A stretch of DNA of 61,767 nt, counting the filler, from Choristocarpus tenellus KU-1152 (Eukaryota; Protista; Phaeophyceae), in the NCBI GenBank assembly GCA_964200185.2. It is 14 parts of 14 records of this genome, joined end to end, with 100 filler letters (N's around TTAATTAATTAA, not from the genome) between each part and the next. Parts side by side here need not be neighbours in the genome. Positions count along the whole stretch, not along the records: positions 11,149 to 15,281 come from CAXNAD020016052.1; positions 15,382 to 18,318 come from CAXNAD020023523.1; positions 18,419 to 21,908 come from CAXNAD020019676.1; positions 22,009 to 25,308 come from CAXNAD020020942.1; 10 more parts are not named here. The stretch is one strand, 5' to 3'. The translations under genes were made by a program, and so were the position numbers. The notes beneath the pieces are model-generated. The model had not been told where the DNA came from and searched no databases. It saw nothing but the letters and a program-made list of their open reading frames with translations. Numbering within the stretch: position 1 is the stretch's first letter; each line of letters opens with the position of its first letter. This document shows, one piece after another, positions 12,141 through 22,718 of this stretch.

Positions 12141-12794
12141 ACTTCAAAGCGATAATCAAGTCTCAGTGACATTTAACCTGACTACATCAACTAAGGCTGG
12201 AAGTAGGCCAGCATGATCAGAGACACTATGCTTTGATTTGCTGATTTTCATTGATGTTTAGTCATTGAAATAAAGCCTATGTAGCTGGAGTACATAGTAG
12301 TTAATTATTGTGCCTCGTCTGATTAGGGAGGGCACTTCTCCTTGGCCTTCAAAACCCTGGGCAAGGCCCGCGAGCTTTGGACTGCTCTGGAGGCGGAGGC
12401 AAGCTCCAAAGCAGAGCAACCAGCGACTTCAACTGGTAAGGAAGCAATCGCGACTCCTAAGACCAGAAGTTGGCCAGCACAAAATCTGGAGCCAGGAGGG
12501 GATGGGGACACACAAACTTTGACTGCAGTTCCCTCCAAAATAGGGAAATTTGAGCTCAACAACGCTGATGAGGTGACTAAAGATTATGTTTGTAGAGCAA
12601 AAGGATTTGGGAGGCTAAGGGAAGCATCAGCATGGAAATGCCCCCACCTAGTACACTTCAAAGCGCTGTAGTGCATGCATGATGCAATGATGAAATGAAA
12701 ATTATAGAACATCTAGAGCACAAAAATCAAGTGTTATCCTCTCAGTCTGTGAGCATACTGGCAGTTGTCACCTTCTGGTCTAAAATTCTGCCAG

Positions 12795-12938
12795 GAACAG
12801 CCGATTTCAAAAATTGAGGATGGAGCTTTTCATTGAGGATGGGCTTGACCCAAAATTGACTGGGATAAAGTGCCGAAATTTTGGGTCAAGCCCATCCTCA
12901 ATGAAAGCTCCATCCTCAATTTTTGAAATCAGCTGTTC
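12795..12938. mobile_element. Near-perfect hairpin MITE (family D); single arms at about 36868-36915 and 59038-59085
   Basis: Arms of about 62 bp (GAACAGCCGATTTCAAAAATTGAGGATGGAGC..TTGAGGATGGGCTTGACCCAAAATT) around a loop of about 20 bp. Confidence 0.85.
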
Positions 12939-13146
12939 AGAGTTTGTGGTGATCATGCAGTCTGCGCATAGTAGGCAGCGTTGCATTTTTAGGATCATGA
13001 GAAAGGACAAAAGTATTCCATTTTTGTACAGTTGTAGAAAGAGTCGTTGATGAATTGTAGTATCACTTTTGTGTCTGGAAAGAAGGGAGGAATATCAATT
13101 TTGGTTACACTAATTGTACACATAATTCAGTGCAAAAGAGTGTACT

Positions 13147-13407
13147 GAGCCAAAGTAAGCGAGAGGTACCCAGACTTCGGGCATTTTGCATTTTTAGTGC
13201 ATTTTGCAATCTTTTGCATTTCACATATTTCTATCTATGGATAAAGTGCTAAGTTTGACTTGAGAGCGTTCATTTCTCCATTGTTCGAACTTTTCCGACA
13301 CAATTCGGAAAATATACACGTATTTGTAAGAAGGTTAGTCAAATTCTGCACATTTTTTTCAGCATTCTTAAGATGCAAGTCTGGGTACCCCTCGCTTACT
13401 TTGACTC
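13147..13407 (+). mobile_element. Family C MITE (Sola-like)
   Basis: 30-bp TIR GAG(C/T)CAAAGTAAGCGAG(A/G)GGTACCCAGACT; flanks ACT and ACTG. Confidence 0.85.
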
Positions 13408-13467
13408 ACTGCACAGGGTAAAAAAGGCAGTTTAGAATGCAAAGGGTCCAAACCTCCCCAACTCTCG

Positions 13468-13641
13468 ATTGACTTCCCCCATTTCCCCAAACTTAAAAAA
13501 GGTATACCTTCTCTTGTGTGAGGCAAGTGTACACCAGACAGCAGGAAACGATCAATTGACTTCCCCCATTTCCCCAAACTTAAAAAAGGTATACCTTCTC
13601 TTGTGTGAGGCAAGTGTACACCAGACAGCGGGAAACGATCA
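13468..13641. repeat. 87-bp tandem duplication
   Basis: Two nearly identical units ATTGACTTCCCCC..GGAAACGATCA. Confidence 0.95.
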
Positions 13642-14937
13642 TCAGGCTCTGGTCACCCTACTCCGAGCAGATGCGCTGGTCACTGCAGTATGCTCTCCCC
13701 GTGGGCAAGAAAACCTCAACCATCTAAGAGCAGTTGTTCTGGGTGAAATGGGGTAAGGTTCTAACTTTGTTTTCTGCCTCTATTGTTCATGTGCATACAT
13801 TCGTGGCAGAATGACCATGTTGCTGGTAGGGCACGATTCGACCGACAGTGAATAATCATCCTTCTGAGACTCAATCCTAACCACATAATAATATGTTGAA
13901 GTCAAAATACGCGTTGGTATCTAACCAGAGTCAAATGTGCTGTATACAATATGTATACTATTATACATTTTATCAAATTTTCCAAATGTGCGAAGGGAAA
14001 AACCAATGAACAAAATATGTCATCCTGTTTGATCTACTGACTACACTTGGTAGCCAATTTTAAGGCAAACCTAAGTTAGGACAGTCAGTCAAAAAGGAAA
14101 TTCATTTTGGGGTAGACAGAGTATTGCCTTAAAATGGGCCACCAACCTTACATCAAACCGATCATGAAACTTTGGTGTTGCATGCTTGTATCACCATGCC
14201 ATATGAACGGAATACGGTTCACTGCCACACGATATACTGGTTGAGCCAAGGTAACCACTCACACACTCACACTTGTAAATATGCAGTCTTTATACTACAC
14301 ACCCACTGAAACATGTGATAGTACACAAAAGCACGAAGACATGGACTGTTACACATGCCCAGTTTTACTTTTCGACTTTGGCATGTTGACCTTTCCCAGT
14401 GTACTACCCGCACATCAGTCTGGGAAACTCTGTAGAAAAAATGCACACGGTTGCATGGTATCACCACAAGCCTACCAACTGCAAGTCTAAGACAAAAATG
14501 TGCTACAGATCTCACTTTATTCCCAACCTACCATATTGCATGTACACGCCTTTCCTCCTTCCCTACAAATACAAAATACAGTGTAGTTATGTACTACTGC
14601 GATCAACCAGGCCAAGCACTGCGATGCTTTGTCCTTGCCTTAGTCCTCTACAAAAACCGGAGTCATCTTCAAAGCAGAAGTAAGGCCACACACAAGGAGG
14701 GCGTTCATGAAGGGCAATATAGCACAGAAGCAACTGCCAATTCGGACTCTAGTATTTGTGGGATCCGGGATTCTTCTCCTCTGGAGACAGATGTAGAAGT
14801 GGCAGTGGCACAGAACAATGGAGGAGCATGTCTCCTTTGCCTAGGGGTACCTGGGAGGGCGGTGGAAGCACTAGTCCTGGCATGCCGGGCCATCAGGTGG
14901 GATAATTTCTTCTGGTGTTATTGTGCTATCCTTTAAG

Positions 14938-15196
14938 GAGCCAAACCAATTGGGAGTCAGGCAGGTTTGGACTCTTCTGCATTCTACGCTGTCTATCTTA
15001 CCCTGTGCAATACACTCTATTTCATAGCTTCTTGAGCCACAATAGTGCACGCAAAATGATAATCCCCTTTTTTCATGTTCAACTTGACACCACAATTTCC
15101 CTAAGGATCTTTCTGCAGTTGTATAAAAGGCATATTTTTACCCTTTCTTGGGATCCTTAAAATGCAACCCTGCCTAACTCTCGATTCTTTTGACTC
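14938..15196 (+). mobile_element. Family C-related MITE, diverged
   Basis: GAGCCAAACCAATTGGGAGTCAGGCAGG pairs imperfectly with CCTGCCTAACTCTCGATTCTTTTGACTC; AAATGCAACCCTG shared with family C. Confidence 0.65.
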
Positions 15197-15235
15197 AGAG
15201 TCCTTCATCTTGGCTTCGTCTGGTGAATAGGTTTT

Positions 15236-15281
15236 GACCCAAAGTATCTGGGAGGGGGGGGGGTCTACACTAGGGTGTCCA
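15236..15281 (+). mobile_element. Family A MITE left end (truncated); an unrelated right end lies at 15382-15400
   Basis: GACCCAAAGTATCTGG, poly-G, TCTACAC..GTGTCC. Confidence 0.85.
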
Positions 15282-15656
15282 NNNNNNNNNNNNNNNNNNN
15301 NNNNNNNNNNNNNNNNNNNNNNNNNTTAATTAATTAANNNNNNNNNNNNNNNNNNNNNNNNNNNNNNNNNNNNNNNNNNNNCCCCCAGATACTTTGACTC
15401 CGCACAGGTTACAGGGCGAAGGAATCATACCGGTACAATGTGGCATAGAGGTTGATTCTGTTTGATGTGTATGCTTGGTTTTTTTCGGTATGTCAATTGC
15501 ACCTCAATAATTTCATGACTGCCCTTGTGTGATCATCATTTGTACATTTTTCGTTATGTTGAATTACTTCTTGTCGCATCCACACATGCACTGACTGGCC
15601 TTAGAACCCTCAAGGTATAATTTTGACCCCTCTGGCGGGAAATTCAGTAAGAATGA

Positions 15657-15931
15657 GAGCCAAGTAAAGTATCTTAGAGGGTAAGGCCGTGTCCATTTGG
15701 GGGTCAAAATCCAATGTTGCAATTTTGATGTAATTTTGGCTATCGTGTTTTTTAGGAAGTGTCAACATCTATCTACATTCTGGACACATATTTTCGTAAC
15801 GTATACATTTTACCCACTCCGAAACATTTCAGAGCAGGTAAAATGTCATTTTAAAAAAACAACACGGGAAGCCAAGCCCCCAAATGGACAAAACAGGGCA
15901 AAAACTCGTACCCTCTAAAATACTTTCACTC
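15657..15931 (-). mobile_element. Family B MITE, full length
   Basis: GAGCC..AAAGTATCTTAGAGGGTA and TACCCTCTAAAATACTTTCACTC; flanks TGA and TGAG. Confidence 0.9.
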
Positions 15932-16782
15932 TGAGTTGAAAAACCTGTGTGAACAGACTGATTTGACCTGGCATAGGACCCCGCCAGGCCAGACCCCCCA
16001 ATATTGCATTGCAGTGTTTCGATCCACCTGTTTATCACCTGCCGTTGTGCATCACATGAAGCTGTTTACACACATTATCTTGCTTGATCTTATGATACGT
16101 GCCATAGCAACAAGCCCGCACCAGACACGACCATGCGGTGTGCACCTCACAATGCCTCAACATTGGCACAGTAGCGTAACACTGTATTGTCCGATGGTCA
16201 TCTCCGTGTGGTCTTATTGTGGTTTGAGGTGTGGACTGTGGTAAGTGCATTGTGGCAATACTCCAAAGAGGGGGGTGGTTACGGCGGAGCTGAGTCGATG
16301 GGCGAGAAAATGAACGAGAACACTATTGCACTGGGGAAGATTGACAACGACTGCACTAGCAAATTATACAAGAACAGCTCTAAGGGTGTGAGCGACTTGA
16401 TGCACTCCAAGGCTGTGCACTATGAAAAGAGTGAATTCCTTTGATCTCTCCATATGTAGCTACCCTAAGCCTGAAAGAAGTAGGCACCCTGAAGCTGTTG
16501 CTACGGATTTGACCACCCCTTTCATCAACCCTCCCCCCCCCACCCGTCTCTCCATTTGCACTGACACTTACAACCTTAGGAGGAGCATAATGAGCTTTTC
16601 GCAAAGTCTATCCCTGTTGCTACTCTGCCTGTCAGCCTGACCTCGTCCCTGCGGAGCGCTTTCCCTGCCTTTTTGCCTCCAGAGATGATGTCTTTCATCC
16701 TGTTGTCCATGCCCGTTGCATGCTTGCTCCTCAAGGGTGCAGGAAAGTAATAGGAAAAGCAAACACAAACCCTTCACCTGCG

Positions 16783-17047
16783 GAGTGAAATTATCTTAGA
16801 GAGTACGAGATTTGCCCAGTTTATCCATTTGGGGCTTGGCTTCCCATGTTCTTTTTAACGACATTTTTCCTAATCCAATGTGTTTCGGAGTAGGTAAAAT
16901 GTGTACGTTATGAAAAGGTGTGTCCAGAAACAAGGACATAGACACTTCCTAACTAACACAATAGCCAAAATTACATCAAAATCGCAACATTGGATTGTGG
17001 CCCCCAACTGTACGCGGATCTACCCTAACCCTAAGATACTTTGGCTC
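16783..17047 (+). mobile_element. Family B MITE, full length, 4-bp TSD TGCG
   Basis: TGCG-GAGTGAAATTATCTTAGA ... CTAAGATACTTTGGCTC-TGCG. Confidence 0.93.
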
Positions 17048-18223
17048 TGCGGTCTTGCCATCATGTCAAGAAAATTATAGTCTTTGCCCCAAGTCCCCCC
17101 ATGTCTCCCACGTTTTCACCTCCAGTCTCAATGTAGAGCTGGCGGAGGCAGTATCACGGACCCATGCTCCACCTAATGGATAGCATGTAATGTTCTAGAC
17201 CATCTGTTAAGCGGAAAAATCTCATGTAGCCCTGTCTGTGTAAGTTTTTCATAACATTTATTTTGTCAGCTTCTTGTTTCCAGGGTTTTCTATCGAATGT
17301 AGGTATTGTGTACCCTCTCATAAAGGTACCACTATCGCCCGGTTTCTACATTTGGATGACTTTCCTGAGGTCCGGATTGACTTGAATATGCAGTTCATTA
17401 TTGGCCTTGAATTGGGCAATAGTTTTTTTACGCCTCACTCCTCATTGCAAGAATAGGCATGTGAAAGACTGCAGAGCAGCTCTGAACTGAATACAATTGC
17501 TGGTCCCTGCCCCTTTCCTTTTTCTCATCCCTCCCTATTCAAGAGGAAAACCAAAGGTCAAAGGTTTTGACACACCAGAAGGGTTTTCGGAACGAAACGA
17601 ACCTCCAAAAATATTTTGAGCCCAATTTGTGCTAGACGCTCTCTTGTGTTGACACCTTCCCTCTTCAATGAGAGTGCCGACTGGGGCTGTCACCAACCCC
17701 TTAGCAATTCCAATACCTTTTTTCAATCCGTTTCATACCCCTCGATGGATCATACCCCTTAGCAATTCCAACGATGGATCACGGTGTGTGTTAATCTGTT
17801 CATCGTTCTGTCCCATGAAAACACGTGGGTTCCATAGCATGAAGCATTCTTAGTGCTTCCAATCAACAACCAGTGCAATTTCACCTTCTCAAAAAAAAAG
17901 TAACCGTTCCTCACCTCTCTGTTCCCTTGCCACAGCGATACTTCGCCCTCACAGTGAGGGGGGCCTTAAAACTGTTGGTGGGGATGATTTTGCCTTAGGA
18001 GCAAGTCCTTTCATTGGATGGTCTCAGGACAACTTGGTAAGGGAGCTTTGACCTCCACTCTTCTAATGCACTCCTTTCTGAGAGTGTGGGTTTCATTGTG
18101 TCAGTAATAGTTACATCTCATTATTATGCAGAATGACTTTTGAATTCCCACAGGCAGCTAAAAAGGCTACCTGTAGACTGAAATTTTGCCCTCTATCTGG
18201 AGCTACGACTTGACCCAAGGGAA

Positions 18224-18318
18224 GGTTCAAAGTATCTGGTGGGGGGGGGGGGGAGGGGGGGGCGGTCTGTTATCATCGTAAGTGAACTTTTATAATATCG
18301 CGGGCGGGGGGGTGTGTT
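18224..18318 (-). mobile_element. Family A MITE end, truncated or rearranged
   Basis: GGTTCAAAGTATCTGG followed by poly-G. Confidence 0.7.
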
Positions 18319-19262
18319 NNNNNNNNNNNNNNNNNNNNNNNNNNNNNNNNNNNNNNNNNNNNTTAATTAATTAANNNNNNNNNNNNNNNNNNNNNNNNNN
18401 NNNNNNNNNNNNNNNNNNTGTTTGGTGGATATGTGAGCAAGGAGTGTACGTGTTGTGGTTGTCGCAAGTGGCAAGCAGAGGCCGAATTTGTGAGTTGGGG
18501 GGGGGACAAAGATTGAGGAAGACGACTAATCATATATGCATTGCACAAATGAATCCAGGACTTGCCCAAGTTATGAACCTTTGAAATCAGTCTGGGCTAT
18601 CTGTGTTTTGTGTTTGTCCGTTCACACACCACTTGAGAAACGAAGTATTAAAGAGGTGGGCCAGGTTGCATTTTACGGATCCCGAGAAAAGGGAAAAATA
18701 TGCAATTTTGTACAATCACTGAAAAGTGACCTCGCTGAATTGTGTTCACTTCGTATCTGGAAAAGGGGAACATCAATTTTGTGTACACTGTTACTGCGCA
18801 CATAGAGCCATGTAGTGGTATTGCGCAGGTAGAGAAGGATGGGCTAGAATGAAAAAGGGCCCCAACCTGCCCAACTCTCAGTTAATTTGACTCTCGATCG
18901 ATATCACTAGTATACAACTGCTCCAGAGTACACTGACTGTTGTTGTATATGACCTGAGAACTAGGAGAAACAACTACCATCAATATATCTTCTTCTACTG
19001 CATGCATGTTGTGTACGACCACTCAAATGACTTGCCAGATCCTCACATCTTTGTTCATGAAACGAGAGAAAAATTGCAGCATACGCCATGGATGGTCACA
19101 GTTGCATAAGGTTAATTGATCATCGCCAAATGCCTGCTTCAGACTTATTTGACATTCTTCACGAAGAAGAGCAAACTAGAACCCATGTCGAGCTGGAAGG
19201 CAGTGGGGTGTGCATTCCTGCGGAGATTCGATTTATTTCTGTTATTGTTGCCGTGTTCATTA

Positions 19263-19441
19263 GACCCAAAGTATCTGTGGGGGGGGGGGGTCTACACCAG
19301 GTTGTCCATTTGACCCAGAACCAGGAAAAGTGCGCTTACATTATCCATTCGACGCATGCAACCAAATCTCACAAAAATCGCGAAATGAAAAAATTGGCCC
19401 CAAATGGACAGCCACCACACACCCCCCAGATACTTTGAGCC
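19263..19441 (+). mobile_element. Family A MITE, full length
   Basis: GACCCAAAGTATCTG, G-tract ... C-tract, AGATACTTTGAGCC; flanks ATTA and TTTA. Confidence 0.92.
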
Positions 19442-19599
19442 TTTAGCTGACTTGAGGGGTTCGAAAGAGGTAATCAAAAGTTAAGGTAGTAGTTAGCTGA
19501 ATGGCAATAACAAACGTATGATCAATTGCGAAAACGGAAAAACACTGCGGAAAGAATATAATAGTGAAGAAAGGAAAGAAACAAAAAACTCAACGTATT

Positions 19600-20300
19600 A
19601 CTAGTTTTGAGGCTTAACAAACTCCCCTTGGTGGGACTGCAATGATGAGTATCCTTTTCCCCCAATGCTTCCAGTACCAAAACAAAGGTCTAGTTCTCAA
19701 CTGGAGACATGGACAATGACACTTCTTTTTGGGCGCCTTGCCTAGCACTGCATGGTGATGGGAAAATGGTGTTTGAAATTAGATCTGGATGGCAAGAGAG
19801 GAAGCAAGCGATTCCATTGTGTTGCGCAGTCATAATGGATCTGCTCAAAGTAACACACTGTCACAGACTGTCAATGCAAAAAGCTCCAAAACAGCATCTC
19901 ATATGAGTGTCTTCAATACAGTATTCACATACGACTACAGTATGTACACATTGCCCTAGTCATCTGCCTCCAATTGATTTTGATTGAGACCTGTTCAATT
20001 TTGTAGTCTTGCTGACTTATGGCTGCCATTACCGCCCTCATTCCAAGCATAAAAAGGTCAAAATTCCACACAATTTCAGATGTGCACGTTGCTGGTGTTA
20101 TTCCATGTTGCCTTGAGAGGGGTAGCCTTGATATAAAATATCTTTAGGATAAACGTACATACTCCGTATGTAGTTTGCCATAGTTCACTTCCTTCATCTC
20201 TTCAGTGCCATCCTTGCATACTGCTAACACAATCCTGTGGTCATGTTAATAATCACTCTTTTTCGTAGTGGATATCTTCTCCATCTTCCCTGGAGATTCT
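19600..20300 (-). pseudogene. Highly decayed Copia RNase H with purine tract and LTR start
   Basis: Minus strand AAGGGGAGTT-TGTTAAG at about 19630-19612; broken peptides EKISTT, ATCTSEIVW and NQLEAD in RNase H order. Confidence 0.4.
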
Positions 20301-21172
20301 ACATCGATCACTTCACCTCTACAACTCACTGTTGAGCTCCAACAGACTACCCACACATCACCACGTCTGGTACATCGACCTCATTATCCTCAATCCCTTC
20401 TCTTCTTGTGTTGTCTTAACCCTGCCCATTAAGCAGTTGTGTTATGGAGGCCTCACAAGTGTACCAGCAATATCAACAGCCAAGCACAGGATCTTCTGAC
20501 CTCAATTGGCTCGCCTGTGCTCCTACCTCCTCCAAAAACGATAGCTCTCACCATGAGTATTATTTCTTCCCTACCTCCCGACCACCCCTCTGTGCATCTG
20601 TGAACCTCCTGTGCTGTTCTCGGCCCCTCTAATAGAGTGAGTCCGGCTTTTCTCCCTGTTATTAATGTTGTTCCATGCTCACTTTCACCCTTTGGTTTCT
20701 CAATCCGGAAGCTGGGGAAACGATATGAATGGAGAAACGGCTGGGCCAAGGTCTTCCTCACAACTGCTCAAAGGATGGCCAATATGGCCAGAAGAAAGGA
20801 CACTCGATACAGGAAGTGATGGGGATCCCCCACTCTTGACAAGACGTCTCGCATGAGGTGGACTTTGGGCGTCCTTTTTTATTATTGGGACAACTTGGCT
20901 GAGCCGGACAGGGAGGACAGTTCCAGGGGAGGAGCAAGCGTTGAGCTTTGAAAACACCTTGTGGAGGTCGAAGGCACCACTTTTGGTTGTCTCAGTCAGT
21001 CTCTGTGCCCTAGCTTGTTCCTTCTCCTCCCTCTACGGCAAGAGCATGTATTACATGTTGGCGTTGAGTCGGAGGGGGGGGGGGGGGGGGGGGATAAGGA
21101 GGAAGAGCTTATTCTGTAAGTCCGTACAATAGGAANNNNNNNNNNGGCGGTGCCGAGTCGGGGGAGGGCGTT

Positions 21173-21220
<48 letters not shown>

Positions 21221-21399
21221 TAAGGAGGAAGAGCTTATTCTGTAAGTCCGTACAATAGGAATATGTGTGTGTGTGTGTTCATTATAGTAGGTGAAAGAAA
21301 ATGAGCGTCGTGTTCCCCAATTTCCTGACATTTAAAGTGAACCAAGCAGTACGCCTAATATCTGAAACTGACGGAGCCTTCTTTCAAGTTCATGGCAAG

Positions 21400-21645
21400 G
21401 GGTCGAAGCAAAAGAGAGGTTGCCCAAGTTTTGGTCGTTTTGCATTTCAAGTCACTATTTAAATACTCTGCAGTGCGTTATTTCTTGTATCGATGAAATG
21501 AAAGTTTGAATTGAGAGCATTGGTTTCTCTATTGACGGAAGAAGTGAGAGAAGTCCCTCTATGTGTTTGCACAAAAGGTCAAATCTTGCACACTTTGCAG
21601 CATCCTTGAGATGCAACCCTGGGTAGATCTCGTTTACCTTGGCTC
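21400..21645 (+). mobile_element. Family C MITE, diverged
   Basis: TTGAGAGC..TTTCTC internal motif and GATGCAACCCTGGGTA..CTCGTTTACCTTGGCTC right end. Confidence 0.7.
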
Positions 21646-21722
21646 AGGTATATTGTAATGTTAGGAGAGACTCAGCAGAGACATAGTTCAGAATACATCA
21701 AACACAGATATCATTGACTGAG

Positions 21723-21908
21723 GAGTGACAGTATCTTAGAAGGTACGAGATTTGCCCTGTTTGTCCGTTTGGGGCTTGGCTTCCTACCACGGGTTATTTA
21801 TGGCATTTTCCTACTCGAAAATGTTTCGGAGTAGGTAAAATGTGTACATTATGAAAAGTTGTGTCCGGAACAAGGATATTGACACTTCCTAACAAACACG
21901 ATAGCCAA
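21723..21908 (+). mobile_element. Family B MITE, truncated by linker
   Basis: GAGTGACAGTATCTTAGAAGGTACGAG start and family B body. Confidence 0.88.
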
Positions 21909-22043
21909 NNNNNNNNNNNNNNNNNNNNNNNNNNNNNNNNNNNNNNNNNNNNTTAATTAATTAANNNNNNNNNNNNNNNNNNNNNNNNNNNNNNNNNNNN
22001 NNNNNNNNAAAAAAGGAGAGAAAAAGGGGGCGTTACAGCCCGA

Positions 22044-22220
22044 GGGGGGGGGGGGGGGGGGGGCGGGGTCTACACCAGAGTGTCCATTTGACCCAAAACT
22101 AGGAAAAGTGCACTTTCATTATCCCTCCAACACATAAAACCAAATCACCCAAAAATCGCGACATGAAAAAATAGGCCCCAAATGGACAGCCGCCACCCCC
22201 CCCTCCAGATACTTTGAGCC
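22044..22220 (+). mobile_element. Family A MITE lacking the left terminus
   Basis: Family A body ending AGATACTTTGAGCC. Confidence 0.88.
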
Positions 22221-22424
22221 TAGAATAGTTTGCTCAACATGCTCAGAAAGGTACAAAAAGGCCCGCTTGGTACAGCAAAATTCTACGTTCCATCACACCA
22301 AGATGTATTAACCTTAATTTTACAATACTGCAGTACCCAATACCGCTCACGCTGCACACTTACTCACATGTGTCGATTTCATGATATCATCTGGGACTTG
22401 GGGTGGACAATGCATGAGGAAAAG

Positions 22425-22718
22425 GTTGAAGTGATGGACCATGCATCCACTGATCTGTGTCATCACTTCAAAGCTTGCGTTAGATTCATTACCGATGCCA
22501 ATGCCAAAGGTGGTAAGACTCTAGTCCACTGCTTCCAGGGGAAGTCAAGGAGCGTGAGTGTGGCATGTGCATATCTCATGATTACGAGCGAGGGCATGGT
22601 GGGTTTTCAAGAAGCACTGGAGATTGTCAGACGTGCCCGTCCAGTTGCGGAGCCCAATCTGGGGTTCGCGGCACAGCTACGAACTTTGGAGAAGACATTA
22701 CAGGCTCAATCGGTGTGA
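22425..22718 (+). CDS. Dual-specificity protein phosphatase, terminal exon
   Basis: TLVHCFQGKSRSVSVACAYLM (HCxxGxxR P-loop), upstream general-acid Asp (VMD) and ARPVAEPNLGFAAQL; AG acceptor at 22423-22424 is tentative. Confidence 0.88.
   Translation, partial: VEVMDHASTDLCHHFKACVRFITDANAKGGKTLVHCFQGKSRSVSVACAYLMITSEGMVGFQEALEIVRRARPVAEPNLGFAAQLRTLEKTLQAQSV

Noticed and set aside
21075-21260. Duplicated poly-G plus ATAAGGAGGAAGAGC block
   Set aside because: Straddles a 10-N gap at a G homopolymer; probably an unmerged assembly overlap.
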